A stretch of DNA of 45,484 bases from an uncultured Candidatus Saccharibacteria bacterium (GTDB lineage: Bacteria > Patescibacteriota > Minisyncoccia > Phycocordibacterales > UBA12079). The notes beneath the pieces are model-generated. The model did not search any database and had not been told where the DNA came from. It worked only from the letters and a program-made list of their open reading frames with translations. The stretch is taken from assembly GCA_964486155.1 (NCBI GenBank), contig CAZAKQ010000005.1:1-45484 (forward strand), given 5' to 3'. Shown in pieces: positions 38,363 to 45,434 of the stretch. The position numbers and the translations under genes are program-made. How positions within the stretch are numbered: the first letter of the stretch is position 1; each line of letters begins with the position of its first letter.

Positions 38363-39577
38363 ATGCCAAAAATAAACACAGATGTAGAAGCTTTTGCTCG
38401 AATAAAGATCATAGGAATGGGGGGCGCTGGAAAAAATGCTACCAACTTTATGATTAAATCTAAAGTACAAGGAGTTGAATTCATCGCTATAAATACAGAT
38501 GCACAAGATTTACACCACTCTTTGGCTAAAAAGAAAATTCATATTGGAAAAAATCTTACCAATGGATTAGGAGCTGGAATGAATCCTGATATAGGTAGAA
38601 GAGCAGCTGAAGAAACTATTGAAGAAATTCAAGATGTACTGAAAGGTGCTAATATGGTATTTATTACCGCTGGATTTGGAGGAGGAACAGGTACAGGAGC
38701 AGCACCAGTAGTAGCCAAAGCCGCTAAAGATTTGGGTATCCTAACGGTAGCAGTAGTAACTAAACCTTTTATGTTTGAAGGAGCTAAAAGATCTTCAATT
38801 GCTGAAGATGGATTGTCTAGACTAAAAGAATCAGTAGATGCTTTAATCGTAATTCCAAATGATAGAATCTTAAGTGTTTCTCCTGAAGGAACTACTATGG
38901 ACAATGCCTTTGCAATGAGCGATCTAATCTTAAAAGAAGCTGTAGAAGGTATTTCAGATTTAATTACAGTTCCGGGTAGAATTAATGTGGACTTTGCTGA
39001 TATCTTAACAATTATGGGAGATGCTGGATCTGCTCTTATGGGAATCGGAAAAGCTACGGGAGAAAATCGTGCTGAAGAAGCAGCTCTCCAAGCTATTAAT
39101 TCACCTCTATTGGATATTTCAATTGCAGGAGCAAAAGGGGTGTTACTTTCAGTTTCCGGAGGAGATGATTTAACTATAAATGAAATTCAAGAAGCTGCTA
39201 AAATAGTAACTGAATCAATTTCTCCTGATGCCAAAGTAATTTTTGGAACTTCAAAAACAACTAAATTAAAGAAAAATGAAATTAAAATTACAGTTATTGC
39301 TACTGGATTTAAAGATACTGCTAGTGGTGGAGGTTTATTTCAACGAACACCTAAAAAAGAAGAAACTATAAAAGAAGAAAAAGTAGGAATTTTTGGAAGT
39401 AAAAAAGAAGAAAAGAAAGAAGAAAACAAACAAAAAAAACTAAAAGAACCTAAAAAAGAAATAAAAAAGCCAAAGAAACCAGCACCAAAACCAAAAATAC
39501 TAGAAGGAGTACAAGATGATGAAGATGATACATGGGATGCAATACCATCTTTCTTAAGAAGATCCAAATTAAAATAA
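38363..39577 (+). CDS. ftsZ: cell division protein FtsZ
   Basis: GGGTGTGAAP, INVDFAD, C-terminal IPSFLRR. Confidence 0.99.
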   Translation: MPKINTDVEAFARIKIIGMGGAGKNATNFMIKSKVQGVEFIAINTDAQDLHHSLAKKKIHIGKNLTNGLGAGMNPDIGRRAAEETIEEIQDVLKGANMVFITAGFGGGTGTGAAPVVAKAAKDLGILTVAVVTKPFMFEGAKRSSIAEDGLSRLKESVDALIVIPNDRILSVSPEGTTMDNAFAMSDLILKEAVEGISDLITVPGRINVDFADILTIMGDAGSALMGIGKATGENRAEEAALQAINSPLLDISIAGAKGVLLSVSGGDDLTINEIQEAAKIVTESISPDAKVIFGTSKTTKLKKNEIKITVIATGFKDTASGGGLFQRTPKKEETIKEEKVGIFGSKKEEKKEENKQKKLKEPKKEIKKPKKPAPKPKILEGVQDDEDDTWDAIPSFLRRSKLK

Positions 39578-39592
39578 AAAATAAAATTTTAA

Positions 39593-39631
39593 AAAGGGGT
39601 CGTTCCTCCCTCTTGGAGGTGCGACCCCTTT
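39593..39631. repeat. hairpin element related to the rpe insert; may also terminate ftsZ
   Basis: AAAGGGGTCGTTCCTCC-CTCTT-GGAGGTGCGACCCCTTT. Confidence 0.8.
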
Positions 39632-39701
39632 CTGAAGATTTTGAATTAATAAACTAAAGTAGTCGGACTACTAAAATTTAAGACCTCTTTTTTGAAAATT
39701 T

Positions 39702-39736
39702 AACAGCCATAAATCTTACTAAGAATTATGGCTGTT
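39702..39736 (-). terminator. terminator of Cys-rich orphan
   Basis: AACAGCCATAAATCTTA-C-TAAGAATTATGGCTGTT. Confidence 0.7.
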
Positions 39737-39752
39737 TAAAATTTCCTTTACC

Positions 39753-40100
39753 TTAATTACAATAAACAAATGTAAAATCACAAATATGAGAAGAACATTT
39801 AAACTTGTTAATTCCACAACGACACCACATCTTATCCATATTAGAACCACATTTGTAACAAATCTCACTTGGATGTCCTTCTTTTCTAGGTGTAAATTTA
39901 TGACAAATAAAACAACGACTTCCTGTAAAAATATTTTTTATAGATTCCACACCTATCTTAATAGAAGAGTCAAAATGAATATTTGTTTTCATAACTGGTT
40001 TTTGTTTATCAGCTGGACAATTGCAAGTAAATTGAAATGATTTTAGTCTTAAAATTTTAGGCTCTTTATTATTTAAGCCTTTTAATTTTACCTTACCCAT
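39753..40100 (-). CDS. Cys-rich putative zinc-binding hypothetical protein
   Basis: CNC, CFIC, CYKC, CRC, CSSHIC; start MGKVK at 40100 has an AAGGGGG SD-like site. Confidence 0.75.
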   Translation of the reverse strand: MGKVKLKGLNNKEPKILRLKSFQFTCNCPADKQKPVMKTNIHFDSSIKIGVESIKNIFTGSRCFICHKFTPRKEGHPSEICYKCGSNMDKMWCRCGINKFKCSSHICDFTFVYCN

Positions 40101-40195
40101 TTTAACCCCCTTTCTTTTTATTTTGTAACAACTATTTATTTTATTTCTATACTCACTGTACCAAAACAACAAAAAAATAAATTCAGAAAAATTAA

Positions 40196-40233
40196 TAGCC
40201 GTAAAGTCTTAACTAAATAAGACTTTACGGCTA
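40196..40233 (-). terminator. terminator of the paralog pair
   Basis: TAGCCGTAAAGTCTTA...TAAGACTTTACGGCTA. Confidence 0.75.
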
Positions 40234-40257
40234 CACAAAATTATGGAACTCCTATCC

Positions 40258-40683
40258 TCAACAATCTTTTGCTTCAATATGCCCGCATTCTTTGCAAACA
40301 AAATAATTTTCTTTTGATTGAAATTTAATAGAATCCTGAGAAGAACAAACATTCATCTTTCCTTCGCAAACACAACAAGCTTCAAAACGATTTTTTACGA
40401 ACTCTTATTTTTCTTTTTTATAGAAAATATTTATGCTCCAATTTTTACATAACGAGCATCTTTCAAGTTCAGAATAATTTTTTGTTGAAATCTTCTCTAG
40501 TTTCTCTTTCGGACAATCACAACTTTCCTGAATTCTATCAGTTTTTTGGTTCAAAGCTTTAAACAAAGTAGCTGCTTCTTTTTTAACACGCTCAATAAAT
40601 TTCTCAATTGCCAAAACTTCTTCTTGAGCTTCGTTAGGATAATCATCAGGATCCACCGAAAGATCAATTCTCTTTTTTGTCAT
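40258..40683 (-). pseudogene. zinc-finger hypothetical gene with an internal in-frame TAA (92-aa ORF plus 48-aa in-frame zinc ribbon)
   Basis: after TAA at 40407-40405 the frame continues EFVKNRFEACCVCEGKM...FVCKECGHIEAKDC to TGA at 40260-40258. Confidence 0.6.
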
Positions 40684-40715
40684 TTTTTCTCCTTTTAGTC
40701 CTTTCTTATATTTCT

Positions 40716-41009
40716 TTATGTTGATTTAGAAAATGATTTTTTGCAAAGAGAACATCTTTGCTCTAAACATAATTTATCATTCGTAAAAACTTCTTTTTTG
40801 TTATCTGGACAATCACAAGCATTTTGAATTTTATCTCTATTTGCCTTAGCTTCTTTTAGCAAAAAAGGAAGGTCTTTTTTAAAATCATAAAGAATCATAT
40901 AAAGATTCATAATTCCTTCTATAGCTTCAATATCTACGTTACCATAACCATCCCTAACTACTGGCCAATCATCCGGATTAAAAGAAAATTTTATATCTAT
41001 TTTTTCCAT
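40716..41009 (-). CDS. hypothetical protein, paralog of the neighbouring gene (CDCP...RCSLCK)
   Basis: AAGGAG SD before MEKID at 41009; shared PDD(W/Y)P, IQxxCDCP, RCSLCK. Confidence 0.8.
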   Translation of the reverse strand: MEKIDIKFSFNPDDWPVVRDGYGNVDIEAIEGIMNLYMILYDFKKDLPFLLKEAKANRDKIQNACDCPDNKKEVFTNDKLCLEQRCSLCKKSFSKST

Positions 41010-41301
41010 TTTCTCTCCTTTATTAAAAGTTTTCAATTATACTCGTTTCCTATCTATTATAATACTTAAAAACTTCCAAAATACAAGACTAAAGCATAAA
41101 AACAAACACCTAGATAGACTACTTTGTTGAGTGAATTTTTTAATTTTTGAAAAAATTAAAAAATTCACTCGTTTCGCAAAATCCGTATTTGAAAATTAGT
41201 TCATTGAAAATTGATTGAAAATTGAAAATTGTGAATTGAAAATTAGAAGTTTCTATTTATAATACTGGTTACAGTATTATAATTAAGGTATAATATACCC
41301 T

Positions 41302-42222
41302 ATGTACGATTTAATAATAATAGGAGGAGGACCCGCAGGAGTAGCTGCTGGTGTTTATGCCTCACGAAAAAAAATAAAAACTTTAGTATTAGCAGAAAAT
41401 TTTGGAGGACAATCTCAAACCTCTTCAGAAATTCAAAATTGGATTGGAACAGTCGCTATTTCTGGAGCAGATTTAGCTAAAAATTTAGAAGAACATTTAT
41501 TAGCTTATGCAAATGACACTTTAGAAGTAAAAAAAGAACGAGTAGAAAATATTTCTCAACAAGAAGACAAGACTTTTAATATCACTACTTCTGCCGGAAA
41601 TTACTCATCTAAAAATATCTTAGTAACTACAGGAAGTTCAAGAAGGAAATTAGAAGTTCCAGGATCTCAAGAATTTGAAAATAAAGGAATAGTATATTGT
41701 GCAACTTGTGATGGTCCGTTGTTCACAGGAAAAGATGTTGTTGTAATTGGTGGAGGAAATGCTGCTTTTGAATCAGCTTCTCAACTTCTTGCTTACACAA
41801 AATCAGTTACTCTACTTAATCGTTCAGACAAATTCAAAGCAGACGAAGTTACAGTCCAAAAAATGTCAAAAATAGAAAACTTTAACCCTATCCTAAATGC
41901 TCAACTAGTAGAAATCAAAGGAGATAATTTTGTTAAATCTTTAATTTATAAAAATACAAAAACAAATGAGGAAACAGAACTGAAAGTAGAAGGGGTGTTT
42001 GTGGAAATAGGTTCAAAACCAACTACTGAATTCGTAAAAGAGCTTGTAGAGTTAACTAATTATGGAGCAATAAAAGTAGATCCAATGATTCAAAAAACTT
42101 CTTTGGAAGGAATTTGGGCTGCTGGAGACTGCACAGACGGGCTATATCACCAAAACAATATTGCTGTTGGAGACGGAATCAAAGCTTTAGAAAATATTTA
42201 CAATTATTTACAAAACAATTAG
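41302..42222 (+). CDS. trxB: thioredoxin reductase family disulfide oxidoreductase
   Basis: GGGPAG, CATCDG, GGGNAA, WAAGD. Confidence 0.92.
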   Translation: MYDLIIIGGGPAGVAAGVYASRKKIKTLVLAENFGGQSQTSSEIQNWIGTVAISGADLAKNLEEHLLAYANDTLEVKKERVENISQQEDKTFNITTSAGNYSSKNILVTTGSSRRKLEVPGSQEFENKGIVYCATCDGPLFTGKDVVVIGGGNAAFESASQLLAYTKSVTLLNRSDKFKADEVTVQKMSKIENFNPILNAQLVEIKGDNFVKSLIYKNTKTNEETELKVEGVFVEIGSKPTTEFVKELVELTNYGAIKVDPMIQKTSLEGIWAAGDCTDGLYHQNNIAVGDGIKALENIYNYLQNN

Positions 42223-42228
42223 TTTTTC

Positions 42229-42305
42229 GAGGTCCGACCTCTTAACGTATACAGCATTGATCTTTAGTGATTTATTTTGTTTAATTAATGCCGAGGTCGC
42301 ACCTC
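42229..42305. repeat. pair of 13-bp REP-like hairpins
   Basis: GAGGTCCGACCTC 42229-41 and GAGGTCGCACCTC 42293-305; the first also lies inside mnmA at 28468-80. Confidence 0.8.
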
Positions 42306-42409
42306 TTTAAAAACTTATTTATTTAAAATTAATCAAGAAAAAACAAGAACAACTATTTATTTAAATTATAATATTATACATAATGTTATAATTTAAATAA
42401 CAAAAACAA

Positions 42410-42459
42410 ATTAAAAATCTCTACTATTCCAGTTAACTGGAATAGTAGAGATTTTTAAT
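42410..42459. repeat. 50-bp perfect palindrome, CCAGTTAACTGG core
   Basis: ATTAAAAATCTCTACTATTCCAGTT|AACTGGAATAGTAGAGATTTTTAAT. Confidence 0.95.
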
Positions 42460-42492
42460 CTTATATTTTATAAATTTTATAAACTTTGGAAT

Positions 42493-42939
42493 TTAGATTA
42501 TCTCCAAAATCTTCAATTTTTTTTCATTGTCTCCTATTTTTAAAATACAAGTATCCCCTACTTTTTTATTTTCTAAACATTTAAAAATAGGAGTTTCCTG
42601 CGAAATAGTAATTAAATTATCTTCTTTCAAAATAATTCCTCCTCCTTTCTCAACCATTAAATAAATTTTGTTATTTTCATTTTCATCTTCTATTTTTACA
42701 AACTTATCTTTTAAATCTGTATTTTGAAAATATTCAATTGAGTCTTTGGTATTTTGGATTTTCAATTTATAATCATCTCCTTCTTTTTGTTTTTCAGATC
42801 TAGTCGTATCACTAGCTGACTGCATAAAACTCGGAGCTTCCATCCGATCTCTTTCTATCTTTTTCATTCGAGAATTCTGCTCTTCAAGTAGAATCTCCAA
42901 CTTTTTTATTATTTTTTCTACTACTTCTTTTTTATTCAT
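42493..42939 (-). CDS. GreA/GreB-like protein (coiled coil plus Gre C-terminal domain)
   Basis: ISQETPIFKCLENKKVGD...LKILEI; coiled-coil tip APSFMQSASDTTR instead of DLSENAEY. Confidence 0.7.
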   Translation of the reverse strand: MNKKEVVEKIIKKLEILLEEQNSRMKKIERDRMEAPSFMQSASDTTRSEKQKEGDDYKLKIQNTKDSIEYFQNTDLKDKFVKIEDENENNKIYLMVEKGGGIILKEDNLITISQETPIFKCLENKKVGDTCILKIGDNEKKLKILEII

Positions 42940-42941
42940 AA

Positions 42942-43457
42942 TTAATTTTCTAATTCATTATATTTATCCAAAGCCAATTCAATTAATTGTTTTCCTTTTT
43001 CTCCCCAACCTAATCTTTCAATAGCATCATCTACATTAACTATAATTCTTCCTACAGCTTTTCCATCTGGATCTTTCACCGGTTTATCTATTAATTCAAC
43101 TTTAGCTACAACTCTTAAAAAACAACTTTCTTTTTTCGAAGCTAATTTATTTGGATGAAAAATCTTTTCAACACCAATAGTTTTCCAATCTACGAGCTTT
43201 ACTTGAGCTTCTTCTATCAATTCCCTTTTCAAAGTTTCTTCAACAAGTTCATTTTTTTCTACCGTTCCACCTGGATTCCCAAACCATCCTTCAATATTTT
43301 CATAAAAAACTATTTCTTTTTCATTCAAAAAACACACAGCTTGTACTTGTTGTATTGAAGATAAATTACAATGATCATGAAGAAGATGCAATTCTAATTC
43401 ATAATCATTACCACCCCAATCGCCCTTTTCACTAAATAACACTTTTTTATTTCCCAT
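42942..43457 (-). CDS. NUDIX hydrolase
   Basis: PGGTVEKNELVEETLKRELIEEA Nudix box; start MGNKK at 43457 or 43490. Confidence 0.88.
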   Translation of the reverse strand: MGNKKVLFSEKGDWGGNDYELELHLLHDHCNLSSIQQVQAVCFLNEKEIVFYENIEGWFGNPGGTVEKNELVEETLKRELIEEAQVKLVDWKTIGVEKIFHPNKLASKKESCFLRVVAKVELIDKPVKDPDGKAVGRIIVNVDDAIERLGWGEKGKQLIELALDKYNELEN

Positions 43458-43501
43458 AATTATTTTTATTATATGATTATATATAATCATATAATAGATT
43501 A

Positions 43502-43654
43502 TTATTGATTTAATTCATCATATTTAATTACAGATCCATCTTCTTGTTGAATATGAATATCATCATTTGTGAAATTAAATTTATAAACCCCCGCTAATAT
43601 TACTAGCAAAATTACAATTATTATTCCAATTATTATTCTTTTTATTATTTTCAT
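43502..43654 (-). CDS. small single-pass membrane protein, 50 aa (not in ORF track)
   Basis: MKIIKRIIIGIIIVILLVILAGVYKFNFTNDDIHIQQEDGSVIKYDELNQ; starts 4 nt after the def stop. Confidence 0.7.
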   Translation of the reverse strand: MKIIKRIIIGIIIVILLVILAGVYKFNFTNDDIHIQQEDGSVIKYDELNQ

Positions 43655-43658
43655 AATT

Positions 43659-44172
43659 TTATTTATTTCTTTTTTTAAATTCTGAGTCAGACATCAAAGT
43701 ATCAGTTGAATATAATTTATCTGTGAAAACAATTCCATTTAAATGATCTTCCTCATGCTGAATAATACGTGCCAAAAATCCTTCAAAAGTTTTATATTGT
43801 TTTTCCCCATCTTCAGAATACCATTCCACATCAATTTCATAAGCTCGTTTAACTTCACCAAAAAGATTAGCTTCCGCATCCTTCATAATCAATTTCTTTT
43901 TTTCTTGAATACCTAGTAATTTTTGGATTTATAAACACACGTAATGCATCATCATTTACTTTTCTATACTTTGTTTTTTTCGGCTATGCTATAAAAATAC
44001 GTTTTGATATTCCTATTTGTGGAGCAGACATACCAACCAAATTTTCAGATTTCATTGTACCAATTAAATCTTTTATTATTTGTATATCATTTTTTTGTAA
44101 CGGAAAAGTTATACGCTTTGCTTTAGCACGCATAATTTTATTACCAATTTGAATTGTCTTTCTTTTTATCAT
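43659..44172 (-). pseudogene. def: peptide deformylase pseudogene (in-frame TAG plus frameshift)
   Basis: GMSAPQIG, TAG at 43986-84, same frame FINPKI...EGCGS then TAA; QHEEDHLNG in another frame. Confidence 0.9.
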
Positions 44173-44220
44173 ATATCCAATTCTACATTAAAAATACTTA
44201 ATTGTCCTGTGGTTGAGATT
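44171..44220. repeat. 50-bp direct repeat, copy A (displaced ASCH 3' end)
   Basis: first 25 nt ATATATCCAATTCTACATTAAAAAT identical to 44648-44672; the rest is similar to 44673-44697. Confidence 0.88.
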
Positions 44221-44325
44221 AAATGGTTGTTAATATTTTTTGCAAGAAAAATCGTTAACAACTCGCAAAAATACGGTTTATTAACGGTTATTAATTTATA
44301 GAAATATCTAATTCTACTCATACAA

Positions 44326-44353
44326 AAAAGGTAACCGATTACGGTTACCTTTT
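44326..44353 (-). terminator. terminator of orphan ORF 44386..44607
   Basis: AAAAGGTAACCG-ATTA-CGGTTACCTTTT. Confidence 0.8.
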
Positions 44354-44385
44354 CGGATAATATAATTAAATACTACTATTTATAT

Positions 44386-44607
44386 TTAAGCATTGTTATA
44401 CTCCGAAGTTATGGGAAGGTTAGGTACATATCCAAATCTATCATCAGAGTACTTCATATACGATTTACCTCTCCTAATAACTTCTCTACTGCGTTCAGAA
44501 CTTTCCTTAAAAAAAACTTTATCTGAATTTGTAAGAGAAATTCGCTTACGAGATGGTCCAAGATTAAATTTTTGCTCAAAAGTCTTAACTTCTTTTTTCA
44601 TGTCCAT
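44386..44607 (-). CDS. hypothetical protein, 73 aa
   Basis: AGGAGG SD; own terminator. Confidence 0.7.
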   Translation of the reverse strand: MDMKKEVKTFEQKFNLGPSRKRISLTNSDKVFFKESSERSREVIRRGKSYMKYSDDRFGYVPNLPITSEYNNA

Positions 44608-44645
44608 TACCTCCTATTTTTGTTTTAAGAGAACCAATATATTTC

Positions 44646-44984
44646 TTATATATCCAATTCTACATTAAAAATTGATAATTGTCCCTTGACTGAGATTGGT
44701 GGGTCTATTTTTCTGATATTTCTGAGATACCAAGCCTTAGCTTTTGGATAAACTTTAATACAAGCATCTTTTTCATGTTTTTTCTGCATTGGTTTAATGT
44801 CATAGAGTTCAACAATACATAAAGCCTTTCCAAAAGGTTCAATTTTAGGATTTTGAGATGAACAAATTACTAAATCTCCTCTATACTTAGTGTTCCAAGT
44901 TCGAGTTTCAATTGTCTTTTTCCCCTCACAAACCAAATTAGCCCAAGGTTGTTTTAAAGAAATGGCTTTGTAGATTTTCTTCAT
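44646..44984 (-). CDS. ASCH domain protein
   Basis: AISLKQPWANLVCEGKKTIETRTW.TKYRGDL, VKGQLSIF. Confidence 0.92.
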   Translation of the reverse strand: MKKIYKAISLKQPWANLVCEGKKTIETRTWNTKYRGDLVICSSQNPKIEPFGKALCIVELYDIKPMQKKHEKDACIKVYPKAKAWYLRNIRKIDPPISVKGQLSIFNVELDI

Positions 44985-45171
44985 TAATTAAATTATAACA
45001 CAACAAAAAAATCAGACACCCGATGTCTATATCTTAGCTCCAAAAGAAAATACAAATAGTAGCAATCGGATTGCTACTATTAATGTAAACTCATATTTTA
45101 TCAAGTGGCTCCTGCCCTAACTCGGCTGTATATTTTTCTTCCTGAAAAATATGACTTTTCAGCCTCCGTCT

Positions 45172-45270
45172 TTCGACTCCCGACGAAAGCAAAATTATTT
45201 GCTTTCTATAGGGTCACATTTAAAAAACAGCCTTTCGGCTGCTTTTTAAATGTGACCCTACCGGGAGTCG
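45172..45270. repeat. duplicated and mirrored tRNA-Glu 3'-end fragments around a hairpin
   Basis: 45251-70 equals 45433-52 (20 bp); inverted fragments TTCGACTCCCG 45172-82 and TAGGGTCACA 45209-18. Confidence 0.88.
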
Positions 45271-45392
45271 GTCACGAATCACTAAGTAAAATTTTTCGTA
45301 AACTCAAATTTTACAAAGTGTTCTCGACCCCGTCTCAGAAAATCTCGAATTTTCTTCTGACTTTCGACTATCCCACACAGGGGATTCACTAG

Positions 45393-45432
45393 AATTTAAA
45401 AAACCCAGTCAAAAGACTGAGTTTTTTAAATT
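45393..45432 (-). terminator. hairpin terminator after tRNA-Glu
   Basis: AATTTAAAAAACCCAGTC-AAAA-GACTGAGTTTTTTAAATT. Confidence 0.75.
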
Positions 45433-45434
45433 TG

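Noticed and set aside
1695-39567. Antisense or alternate-frame ORFs overlapping core genes (1695, 1735, 2408, 3760, 6386, 8212, 10085, 11207, 12420, 13212, 14414, 15355, 15931, 20930, 32190, 36688, 38629, 39340)
   Set aside because: Shadows of well-supported genes, with low-complexity F/L/S/K composition and no motifs.
43984-43986. TAG recoding or readthrough in def
   Set aside because: A separate frameshift lies downstream, and TAG is a normal stop in dnaG, frr and rpsA; pseudogene is simpler.
176-44607. Integron gene cassettes as the source of orphan genes
   Set aside because: No integrase, no convincing attC (RYYYAAC...GTTRRRY) sites, and these genes carry their own promoters.
32760-44656. 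5'/3' pairing around other orphan ORFs (32760/33137; 44355/44646)
   Set aside because: Only about 10 bp and almost all A/T, so expected by chance at this base composition.
39786-44668. Plus-strand ORFs at 39786, 43155 and 44393
   Set aside because: Antisense to better-supported minus-strand genes that have SD, motif or terminator support.
45103-45120. Possible second tRNA 3'-end remnant (minus strand ...GCAGGAGCCA)
   Set aside because: Too short, and no matching tRNA in the window to compare with.
45105-45392. 95-aa ORF near the tRNA
   Set aside because: Runs through tRNA-derived repeats and hairpins; no SD or recognisable motif.
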